DNA from: Haplodiscus bocki
Lineage: Eukaryota
Length of the DNA: 64,000 nucleotides
Assembly: GCA_965655095.1 (NCBI GenBank)
Contig: OZ296652.1
Span: forward strand, 88,908,001 to 88,972,000
Direction of reading: 5' to 3'
Both the position numbers and the translations under genes were made by a program. This document shows, piece after piece, positions 1 to 11,704 of this stretch (position 1 is the first letter of the stretch; each line of letters starts with the position of its first letter). The notes below the pieces were generated by a model. The model ran no database searches. It was not told where the DNA came from and saw nothing but the letters and a program-made list of their open reading frames with translations.

Positions 1-420
1 AAGTAGATTAGATAACGGCACAAGTAAAAACAATACATCGATCTCCTGTATATCCGTGTCCTAGGATGAACTGACTTGTGTGAGTGTCTCAGGTGTACAA
101 AAGTTCCGCGAGTTCTCTTACGAAAAAAAAGTGGAGGACCTAAACTACTCAAATACAAGAGCATATGTGAAATCTTGCCAGCTCTCCTCAAAATCGCTGC
201 TCCATCACAAGGTTGGAAAAAAATCATATCGCAAAAAAATACTGAGAAGGCACATTCGAGCAGGTTTGAAAAGCTCACTTTGCGAATCACTTCATCAGAG
301 ACACAGGCTGGGCCTTGCAAATTGCTTGACTATTTTACTTTCAAGATTTCGTGTCATCTACTGGAACCCCTAAAAACTTGAAAGGTTTCTACTAAAACTT
401 ATCAAGCCCGTAGGGTTCAA
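1..420 (-). mobile_element. Degenerate non-LTR retrotransposon (L2/CR1-like) ORF2 3' remnant
   Basis: Manual minus-strand translation of ~341-400 gives VET(fs)FKFLGVPVDDTKS*, matching the KFLGVxIDxxLxW motif after the LINE RT core. Positions 1-80 give HPRTRIYRRSM, resembling the RTxxYxxSF tail of CR1/L2 ORF2. Contains stops and frameshifts. Confidence 0.45.
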
Positions 421-719
421 TCACATTCGAAGGAAAGAATGCTGTTGCTAAGCTGGTGGTGTTGTCAAATATAGTATTGAACAGGTTTATCACCAATTTT
501 ATTTGTTTACTTTTCCTTAGTTTCCCCTCGTAACCCCAAATATTTACTCAATTGAACCACTTTTTTCAGCAAAATACACAAAAACAAGCATAGTTTGATG
601 GATAACATTAAAGGTTCGGAGAATTTTATAAAAATATGTTGGAAAACTTAGGCTGAAAAAGAAAAGTTATAGGTGGTATTATGCTTGTTCTTGTTGTTCT
701 ACACTATATGTGACATTAC

Positions 720-3700
720 TGAAAGCACAACCAATTGGACCATTTGAATCAGACATACAAAAACTGTGTTTTTGTATTGCTTTGTTTTTTAAAAATTTCA
801 TCCAAGCCCTCTCCCTGTACTTTCCACAACTTCCAAACTTTCGCAAAGTTGACTTCGCATACAGCCAAGAGTTCGTTTTGGAAAATTCTAAAATTTTTCA
901 AAAAAGCAACTGAACGCGAATTAAAGACTCGGGGCATCCAAGATGTTGTCCAGTGACTTTCTGCGGTGACTTTGACAATGGAGGTTTCCTCAAAACGTTA
1001 AAAAAATAAAATGGTTTTGCAGTCTATCAAAACGCCTTAAGATTGCGTCGTTTTTGTCGACAGCCAATGCCCGCTGGAGTTGTCATACAAATGAATGCGA
1101 ATCTCCACGCTTCTTGCAAAACTGCGTAAAGTGACCAAAATTTAGAGGCCTTGGCATGTTACTGAGACATCAGCGAACATGGTTTCTGTCCGTCGTGTCA
1201 CAGGCTTCCCAACTTGCACTTAACTAACTACGATTCTGTTAGTCCGAAAACAAAGTGCGCGTAAGCAAAAGGCCGATAGAGAGCCTGTCCGGCTATAGTT
1301 GGACATAACTAATGCTTTTTTACGAAATTGTGTCTAGGAACGCTGTAAATTGTTCGCATTGTCATGTTTGACGTGGATTTGCAATGGCAAGATTCTCAAA
1401 CCCAGTTGTAACGAGTGTTCGAACAAAGGTCTCAATCAAGAACAGCGACCTCAATAACTTCATTTTCACCAAACTTCCCAAAAAGTACGTCACCTACGTT
1501 GAACTCTCCTTTGGCATTGAAAACAATTAAACCATATGAATCAGACATACAAAGACTGTAATCTTGTATTGCTGTGTTTTTTTGTAAGTAATCCAAGCCT
1601 TCTTCCTGTACTTTTCCTAAGTTCTTAACTTTCCCAAATTTGACTTTGAATGCAGTCAAGAGATCCTTTTGGGGAATTCTATCGTTTCTCATAAATGCAA
1701 TTGGATGAGAATTAACGACCCGCGGCATTCACGATGTCCAGTCGCTTTCAGAGGCCGCGCTGACACTGGCGGGCTCCTAAGACGTTGAAAAAACGATTGT
1801 GCACTGTCTAATTGAGCCTTAAGTTTTCGTCATTTTTGTTGACAACCCATGCACGCTGCAGTTGTCAAACGAATGAACGCTAATCTCGACTTTTCTTGCA
1901 AAACTGCGTAATGTGACCAAAAGTTAGAGGCCTTGGCAAGCTACTGAGATATCAGTGAACTCGGTTTCTGTCTGTTCTGCCATAAGCTTCCCAGCTTGCA
2001 ATTACTGACTACAATTTTGTTAGTATCAAAACAAAGTCCGCGTAACCAAAAGGCTGATAAACAGCCTGCCTGGCTGTGGGCGAACATAACTTCTGTTTTT
2101 TGATGAAAATGTGTCTAGGAACGCTGTAAATTGTTCGCATTGTCATGTTTGACGTGGATTTGCAATGGCAAGATTCTCAAACCCAGTTGTAACGAAGGTT
2201 CGAGCAAAGGTCTCAATCAAGAACAGCGACCTCTTATCCTTCCTTTTCGCGAAAACTACGAAAACTCTCGTTACCTACTTTCATCTGTCCTGCGGCAATG
2301 AAAACAATTAAACGAATTTAATCAGACATACAACAATTGTGTTTTTTTGTTTAGCTTTGTTTTCTGTAAAAATTCCAAGCTGTCTTCCTGTACATTCCCT
2401 AAGTTCTTAACCTTCCCAAACTTGACTTTGAATACAGTCAGGAGATCCTTCTGGAGGTTTCTATCGTTTCTCAAAAATGCAACTGTACGCGATTTAACGA
2501 CCCGCGGCATTCAAGATCTCCAGTCGTTTTCAGCGGCGGCGTTGACACTGGACGGCTCATAAACGTTAAAAAAATACAACGGTTGTGCAGTGTATAGATG
2601 AGCTGTAAGCTTGCGTTATTTTGGTAGACAACCAATGCACGCTGCAGCTGCCAAAAGAAGGAACGCTAATCACGACTTTTCTTGCAAAAACGTGTAATGT
2701 GACCAAAACTTAGAGGCCTTGGCAAGTTACTGAGACATCAGTGAACATGGTCTTTGGCCGTTTCGTCACAAGCTTCCCAACTTGCAGTTACTCACCACGA
2801 TTTTGTTAGCTTCAAAACAAAATGCGCGTCAGCAAATGGCTGATAAATTCCTTTCCCGGCTGTGGGTGGATATATCTAATACTTTTTGAAAGTGTGTCTA
2901 GGAAAGCAGTAAAGCTTTCACACTATCATCATTGACGTGGATTTGCAATGGCAAGACTCTCTAACCCAATTGTAACGAGGGTTCAGACAAAGGTCTCATA
3001 AAAGAAAAGTGACCTCAATAACTTGATTTTGACCAAACTTCCCCAAAAAGATCGTCACCTACGTTGGTCTTTCCCGTAGCATTGGAAACAATTAAACCAA
3101 TTGAATCAGACATACAAAAACTCTGTTCTTGTATTGCTTTGTTTCTTTGTAATTAATCCAAGCCCCTTTCCTGTACTTTTCCCAACTTCCCAACTTTCGC
3201 AAAGTTGACTTAGAGTATAGCCCAGTTGTTTCGGAATTTTCTGTTGTTTCTCAAAAAACCAATTGACCGCGAATTAAAGACTTGGGGCATCCAACATATT
3301 GTCCAGTCGCTTTCAGCGGTTACCCTGACACTGCAGGCTTCCTCAAACTCTAAAATAACTAAAAATGGTTTTGCAGTCTATCAATAAGCCTTAAGATACC
3401 GTCGTTTCTGTAGACAGCCAATGCCCGCTGCAGCTGTCAAAAAAAAAATGCGAACTTCGACTCTTGTTGCAAAACTGCGTAATGTGTCCAAAACTTAGAG
3501 GCCTTGGCAAGCTACTGAGATATCAGTGAACTCGGTTTCTGTCTGTTCTGCCATAAGCTTCCCAGCTTGCAATTACTGACTACAATTTTGTTAGTATCAA
3601 AACAAAGTCCGCGTAACCAAAAGGCTGATAAACAGCCTGCCTGGCTGTGGGCGAACATAACTTCTGTTTTTTGATGAAAATGTGTCTAGGAACGCTGTAA

Positions 3701-6700
3701 ATTGTTCGCATTGTCATGTTTGACGTGGATTTGCAATGGCAAGATTCTCAAACCCAGTTGTAACGAAGGTTCGAGCAAAGGTCTCAATCAAGAACAGCGA
3801 CCTCTTATCCTTCCTTTTCGCGAAAACTACGAAAACTCTCGTTACCTACTTTCATCTGTCCTGCGGCAATGAAAACAATTAAACGAATTTAATCAGACAT
3901 ACAACAATTGTGTTTTTTTGTTTAGCTTTGTTTTCTGTAAAAATTCCAAGCTGTCTTCCTGTACATTCCCTAAGTTCTTAACCTTCCCAAACTTGACTTT
4001 GAATAAAGTCAGGAAATCCTTTTGGAGAATTCTATCGTTTCTCATAAATGCAACTGTACGCGATCTAACGACCCTTCGCATTCAAGATGTCCAGTCGTTT
4101 TCAGCGGCGGCGTTGACACTGGAGGGCTCATAAACGATAAAAAAGTTAGAACGGTTGTGCAGTGTATAAATGAGCTCTAAGCTTTCGTCTCTTTTGTAGA
4201 CAACCAATGCACGCTGCACTTGTTAAACGAAGGAACGCTAAAATGACTTTTCTCGCAAAAAAGTGTAATGTGACTAGAACTTAGAGGCCTTGGCAAATTA
4301 CTGAGACTTCAGTGAACATGGTCTTTGGCCGTCTTGTCACAGGCTTCCTAACTTTCAGTCACTGACCACGATTTTGTTAGCTTCAAAACAAAATGCGCGT
4401 AAGCAAATTGCTGATAAATTGCTGGCCCGGCTGTGGGTGCATATATCTAGTTTCTTTTGAAAGTGTGTCTAGGAAAGCAGTAAAATATTCACACTGTCAT
4501 GTTTGATGTGGATTTGCAATGGCACGTTTCTCAAACCCAATTGTAACGAGGGTTCCAAAAAAGGTCTCAATCAAGAAAAGCGACCTCACAAACTTGATTT
4601 TCACCAAACTTCCCCAAAAAGATCGTCACCTACGTTGATTTTTCCCGTGGCATTGAAAACAATTAAACCAATTGAATCAGACATAAAAAACTGTGTTCTT
4701 GTATTGCTTTCTTTCTTTGTAATTAATCCATGCCCGCTTCCTGTACTTTCCCCAATTTCCTAACTTTCGCAAAGTTGACTTCGAATTTAGACCAGAGTTC
4801 GTTCTGGACTTTTCTATTTTTTCTCAAAAAACCAATTGAACGCGAATTAAAGACTTGGGGCATCCAAGATGTTGTCCAGTCGCTTTCGGCGGTTACCCTG
4901 ACACTGCAAATTTCCTCAAAACGCTAAAAAAACTAAAATCGTTCTGCAGTCTACCAATAGGCCTTAAGATACTGTCGTTTCTGTAAACAGCGAATGCCCG
5001 CTGCAGCTGTCAAAAAAATGAATGCGAACCTCGACTCTTGTTGCAAAACTGCATAATGTGTCCAAACTTTAGCGGCCTTGGCAAGTTATTGAGACATCAG
5101 TGAACTCGGTTTCTGTCTGTCCTGTCCTATCCTTCCCAGCTAGCAGTTACTGACTTCGATTTTGTCAGTCTCAAAATAAAGTCCGCGTAACCAAAAGGCT
5201 GATGAACAGCCTGCCTGGCTGTGGGTGGACATAACTTACGTTTTTCGATGAAAATGTGTCTAGGAACGGAGTAAAAACTTCACACTGTCATGTTCAACGT
5301 GGAGGTGCTGTGGCAAGATTCCTAAACCTATTTGTAACGTGGAAATGAACAGAGGTCTCAAAGAAGAACAGCGACCTCCTTATCTTCAATTTCACCAAAC
5401 GTCCGAAAAGTACAGTCTCCTGCTTTGATCTGTCCTGTGGCAATGAAAGCAAAAAAACCAATTGAATCAAACATTCAACAACTATTTTTTTGTATTGCTT
5501 TGTGTTTTTTGAAAGTCCAAGCCCTCTTTCTCTACCCCTCCTAACTTCTTATTTTTCCCGAAATTGACTTCGAATACAGTCGAGAGCACGTTTTGGAATT
5601 TTCTTTTGTCTCCCAAATATGCAAGTGGACCCGAATTACCGACCTGCGAAATTCAAGTTGTTGTCCAGTCACATTCGATGGCGGCGCCGACTCTGAAGGT
5701 TTTCTCAGAACGCTAGAAGTTTTAAAATGGATTTGCAGTCTCTCAAAGCCTTAAGATTCCGAAGTTTTTGTAGACAGCCAATGCACACTGCAGTTGTCAA
5801 GCGAATGAATGCGAGTCTCGACTGTTCTTGAAAAATTACGTAATGTGGACAGAACTTAGAGGCCTTGGCATGTTAGTCAGACCTCGGCGAACACAGTCTT
5901 TGTCCGTCATATCATAAACAACCCAAATTGCAATTACTGACTACGTTTTTGTTAGTCTCAAAACAAAGTGCACGCAAACAAAATGCTGATAAACCGCCTG
6001 AACGACTGCCCATGGACATAACTATAGCTTTTCGAAAAACGTGTAACTAGGAACGCAGTAAATGACTCGCACTGTCATGTTTGACGTGGATTTGCAAAGT
6101 CAAAATTCTCAAACCCAGTTGTAATGAAGATTTTATTAAAGGTCTCACTCAAGAACAGCGACATCCATTTCTTCATTTTCACCAAACGTCTGAAAAATTT
6201 CGTCACCTTTTTTGATTTGTCTTATGGCAATGAAAACAGTTAAGCCAATTGAACTCGACATACAACAACTTTGTTTTTTTTTTGCTTTGTTTTTTTTGTA
6301 AACAGTCCAAGCCCCTTCTGTATTTATTTAACTTCTCAATTTTCCCAAACTTGACTTCGGATACGGTGAAGAGCTCGTTTGGGAATTTTCTATTGTTTCT
6401 CAAAGATGCAACCGGACACGAACCAACGATAGACGACATTCAAGATGTTGTCCACTCTCCTTCGACGGCGGCGCTGGCACTGCAGTGTTCTTCAGAAAGC
6501 TAAAAGCTTTAAAATGGTTCTGCAGTCTCTCACTATGCCCTCAGATTTCTCCGTTTTTGTAGACTGCCAATGCACGCTGCAGTTGTCAAACCAATGTTTG
6601 CGAGTCTCGACTGTTCTCGCAAAACTGCGTAATGTGACCAAGTTTTAGAGGCCTTGGCAAGTTAGGGAGACATCAGCGAACGCGGACTTCGTCCATCTTG

Positions 6701-9700
6701 TCACAAGGTTCCCAACTTGCAACTATTGACAACATTTTTGTTAGCTTCAAAACAAAATGCGCGTAAGCAAAAGGCTGATGAATCGCTCAACCGGCTGTGG
6801 GTGGTCTTAGCTGAGGTTTTTTGTTGAAAGAGTGTCTGGGAACGCAGTAATTATCTCACACTGTTTTGTTTGATGTAGAATTCCCAAGCCAAGATTCTCA
6901 AACCTAGTTGCAACGAGGGTTTGAACAAAGCTCTCCATCTTGAACAGTGACCTCCATACCTCCATTTTCACCAAACGTCCAAATATTCTCATCGCCTAGT
7001 TCATCTGTCCTCTGTCAATGAACACAATTGAACCAGTTGAATCAAACATACAACAAAATTGTTCTTTTTCAATTCCATTGCTTTTTATAAAAAATTCCAA
7101 GCCCCCTTCCTTCACTTTCCTTGAAATCTCAATTTTCCCAAACATGTTTTCGAATATAGTCGAGTTCGTTTTGGAATTGAATAATGTTTCTCAAAGATGG
7201 CACTGGACGGGAACCAACGAACAGAGACCTTCAAGATGTTGTCCAGTCTTAAGGGACGGCGGCGACGACACTGAAGTGTTCCTTGGAAGGCTGAAATCCT
7301 TAAAAAGGATTTGCAGTCTGTCAAAAAGCCTTAAGATTTCGTAGTTTTTGTACACAGCCAATAAACCCTGCAGTTTTCAAACGAACGAAAGAGAATCTCG
7401 GTTCTTCCTGCAAAAACACGTAATATGGCCAAACTTGGAGACGTTGGCAGGTTAATGAGACATTAGCGAATTCGGTCTTTGCCCGTCCTGTCACTTGTCA
7501 GAAGTTTCCGAACTTGCAAAGTTTGACAACATTTTTCTTAGTTTGCGCGAGAAAAATACTGCTGAACCGGCTGACCGGCTGTGGGTGGACACAACTAATG
7601 GTTTTCGATGAAAATTTGCCTTGGAACGCTGCTAAAAGTTCGCATTGTCATGTTTGACGTAGATTTGCCAAGTCAAGATTCTCAAACTTATTTGTAATGA
7701 AGATTTGAACAAAGGTCTCTTCCAAGAACAACGATATCCGTATCTTCATTTTCACCAATCGTCCTAAAAATCTCATTGCCTACTCTCATATGTCCTGTGG
7801 CAAGGCAAACTACTAAGCAAGATGAATCAGACATACAACAAATTTTTCATTTTTGAATTCCTTTGTTTTTTTTGTAAATAATCCAAGCCTTCTTCTTTCA
7901 CTTTCCTTGAGTTCTCAATTTTCCCGAACTTGATTTCGAACACAATAAGGAGCTCGTTTTGGAACTTTCTATTGTTTCTCAAAATTGCAACTGAACGCGA
8001 ATTATCAACCCGCGAAATTCAAGATTTTCGTCCGGTCTGCTTCGACAGCAACGCCGACGCTGAAGGATTCCGCAAAACGCTCAAAAATTTTGAATGGTTT
8101 TGCAGTCTGTCAATAGGTTTTAAGATTTCTTCGTTTTTGTAGACAACCAATGCACGTTGGAGTTCTCAAACGAAGGAAATGGAATCTCGACTGTTGCTGC
8201 AAAACTACGTAATGCGACCAAATATTAGATGCCTTTGCAAACTAATGAAACATCAGTCAACTCGGTCTTTTTCCATCCTGTCACAAGCTTCCAAAACTGC
8301 CAATTTTCACTACAACTTTGTTTGTCTCAAAACAACGTGCGGCTAAGCAAAGTGCTGTTGAATTACCTGACCAGCTGTGAGTGGACATATATAATGATTT
8401 TTGATGAAAGTTTGTCTTGGAACAAAGTCAATCTTTCACATTGTCATATTTGACGTGGAAATGCAATGGCAAGTTTCTCAAACCTAGTTGCAACGAGGCT
8501 TTGAACAAAGGTCTCAATCATGAACAGGGACCTCCCTATCTTCATTTTCACCAAGCGTCCAAAAAATCTCGTCGCTTACTTTGGTCTGTCCTATGTCAAT
8601 GAAAAGAATTTTACCATTTGAGTCGAACATACATCAACTGTGTTTTTGTATATTGTTTTGTTTTTTTTTGTAAATTTTTCAAGCTTTCTTCCTGTATTTT
8701 CCCCAACTTCTTAACATTCCCAAACTTGACTTCGAATACAGTCAAGAGCACGTTTTGGAACATTCTATTGATTCTGAAAGATAGAACTGGACGTGAACTA
8801 ACGACCCACGACATTGAAGAAATTCAGTCGCTTCCGATGGCGCCGTTGACACCGGAGGGTTCCCTAAAATGCTAGGAGAGAAGTAAATCAATTTGCAGCC
8901 TCTCAGTAAGCCCAAACATTTCGTTGGTTTCAAGAACAGCCAATGAACGCTGCAGTAGTCAAATGAATGAATGCGAATCTCGACCCCTCATGCAAAACTG
9001 CGTAATGTGACCAAACTCTAGAGGCCTTGTCAAGTTACCGAAACATCAGCGAACACGGTCTTCGTGCGTCCCTTCACTAGCTTCCCAACTTGTCAATACT
9101 GACTACAAATCTGTAAGATTCAAAACAAAGTGCCCGAAAGCAGAAGGCTGATAAACTGCCTACCCGACTGTGGACGGAAATAAATAATGTTTACTGATAA
9201 ATTTGTGTAGAGGAACGCAGTAAAGATTTCACGCTGTCATGCTTGAAGTGGAAATGCACAGCCAAGCTTCTCAAACGTAATTGTAACGACGAGTTGAACA
9301 AAATTTTCAACGAAGAACAGCGACCTCTATATCATTATTTTAACCAAAAGTCCAAAAAATGTCGTCACCTACTTTGATCTGTCCCCCTGGCAATGAAAAA
9401 ATATACACTAACTGAATCGAACATACCATAGTGATTTTTCATATTGCTTTCTTTTTTTAAAGATTGCCTTCTTCCCGTGGTTTCCCTAACTTCCAATTTT
9501 TTCCAAACCTGACTTCGAATACCCACGAGAACTCGTTTTGTTATTTTCTATTGATTCTCAAAAATACAAGTATTGACCCACGACATTCATGATGTTGTCC
9601 AGTTGCTTTCGATGGCAGTCCCGAGACTGGAGTGTTCTTCAAAACGCTAAGAAATTTTAAACAGTTTTGCAAACTCTCACTCAGACTTAAGGTTTCTTCC

Positions 9701-11631
9701 TCTTTGTAGACAGCCAACGCACGCTGCAGTTGTCAAACGATTGAAACGGAATCTCGGCACTTCTTGCAAAACCAAGTAGTGTGACCAAAATTTGGAGGCC
9801 TTGGTAGGCTGAAGAGACATCAGCGAACTCGGTCTCTGTCCGTCCTTTCACAAACTTCCCAATTTGCAATTTTTGACTACACTTTTTCTAGTCTCAAAAA
9901 AAAGTGCGCCGGAGGAAAATGCCGCTGAACCATCTAACCTGCTGTGGGTGGACACAACGAATGTTTTCCGATGAAACTTTGTCTTGGAACGCAGTCGAAA
10001 TTTCACACTGTCATGTTCGACGTGGAAATGCAGTGGCAAGTTTCTCACACCTAGTTGCAACGAGGTTTTGAACAAAGGTCTCAATCATGAACAGCGACCT
10101 CCTTATCTTCATTTCCACCAAACATCCAAAAAATCTCGTCACTTACTTTGGTCCGTCCTACGTTAGAGAAAAGAATTGAACAATTTGAATCAAACATGCA
10201 TCAACTGTGTTTATGTTTTTTGCATTGTTTTTTTTTAAATATTCCGAGCCTTCTTCCTGTGCTTTTCCTAACTTCTTAACGTTCCCAAACGTGACTTCGA
10301 ATACAGTCAAGGCCTCGTTTTGAAACAATCTATTGATTCTCAAAAAGACAGCTGGACGTGAATTATCGACATTCAAGAAGTCGAGCCGCTTTCGATGGCA
10401 GCGCCGACACCGGAGGTGTCCTCAAAACGCTAAAAAAGTGTAAATCATTTCCCAGCCTCTCAATAAGCCCAAACATTTCGTTGGTTTCAAGAACAGTCAA
10501 TGAACGCTGCAGTAGTCAAATGAATGAATGCGAATCTCGACCCCTCATGCAAAACTGCGTAATGTGACCAGACTCTAGATGCCTTGGCAAGTTAGCGAGA
10601 CATCAGCGAACACGGTCTTTTTCCGACTTTTCATTAGCTTCTCAACTTGCAATTACTGTCTACAATTTTTTTAACCTCAAAACAAATTGCCGTAAGCAGG
10701 AGGCTGATAGTTTGCCTACCCGGCTGTGGACGGAAATAAATAACGTTTTTTGATAGAAATGTGTCGAGGAACGAACGTATTAAATTTTTCACTCTGTCAT
10801 GTTTGACGTGGAAAAGTACTGCTAAATATCCCAAACATAATTCTAACGAGGAGTGGAACAAAATTCTCAATCAAGAACAGTGACCTCTATGTCATCATTT
10901 TCACCAAACGTCCAAAAAATCTTTCACATATTTTGATCTGTCCCATGGCAATGAAAGCAATTACACTAAATGAATCAAATATACAACAGTGATTTTCTCT
11001 TGCTTTGTTTTTGTAAACACTCCAAGCCCTACCGCTGTACTTTCCTTAACTTCTATATGTTTCCAAATCTGACTTCCAATACAGACAAGAGCTCGTTTTG
11101 TTAATTTCTATTGATTCTAACAAAAAACAACCGGACTTGAAGTACTGACTCACGACATTGATGATGTTGTTCACTGGATACCGATGGCGTTGCCGACACT
11201 GGAGGATTTCACAAAACCTTCAAAAGTTTTTAATGGTTTAGCAGTCTCTCGAAAAGCCTGAAGTGTTAATCGTTTTTTTAGAGAGCCAATGCAAGCTGCA
11301 GTTGTCAAACGAATGAATGGGAATCCGACTTTTCCTGCAAAACTGCGTAACGTGACCAAATTTTAGAGGCCTGGACAAGTTACTGAGACATCAGCAAGCT
11401 TTTTCACTTTCCGCCCTGTCACAAGCCTCCCAACTTTCAAATACTCACCACCATTTTGTTAGCTTCAAAACAAAGTACGCGTGAAGAAAAGGTTGACAAA
11501 CCGCCTGCCCGGCTGTTGATGACTATTGAATAATTTTTTCGGTGAAAATATTTCTGAGAAAGCAGTCAATTTTTCACACTGTCATGTTTCATGTGGAATT
11601 GCAAATGCAAAAATATCAAACCTAGCGGTAA
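720..11631. repeat. Macrosatellite block 1: ~14 head-to-tail units of ~786 bp (short, SET-core-deleted monomer)
   Basis: Anchor GAATCAGACATACAA or variants at ~746, 1538, 2320, 3103, 3890, 4673, 5463, 6251, 7039, 7823, 8620, 9414, 10187, 10972 (spacing ~773-797). Recurrent homologous short ORFs in the track (MPRVxNSR..., 749/1432/2322/3893/6203/8611). Confidence 0.97.
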
Positions 11632-11704
11632 CTAGAGACCGGTCAATGGGGGCTCTAGGATTTGCGATAGTGTCGGCGAAAAGCGGGCAGCCCCACCCGC
11701 CGAC
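11632..11704 (-). other. Candidate element terminus: CTAG end plus GC-rich hairpins
   Basis: The satellite stops at ...CCTAGCGGTAA (11631), then CTAG at 11632-11635; the minus strand reads ...GGTCTCTAG|T. Inverted repeats CTAGAG/CTCTAG (11632-37/11653-58), GTCGGCG/CGCCGAC (11672-78/11698-704) and GCGGG/CCCGC (11683-87/11696-700). Confidence 0.5.

Noticed and set aside
76-381. Plus-strand ORFs 76-381 and 80-373 as genes
   Set aside because: Better explained as the antisense of a LINE RT remnant on the minus strand.
720-11631. CRISPR array or repeat-spacer system
   Set aside because: Units are ~786 bp and homologous along their whole length, with no unique spacers and no cas genes; the context is eukaryotic.
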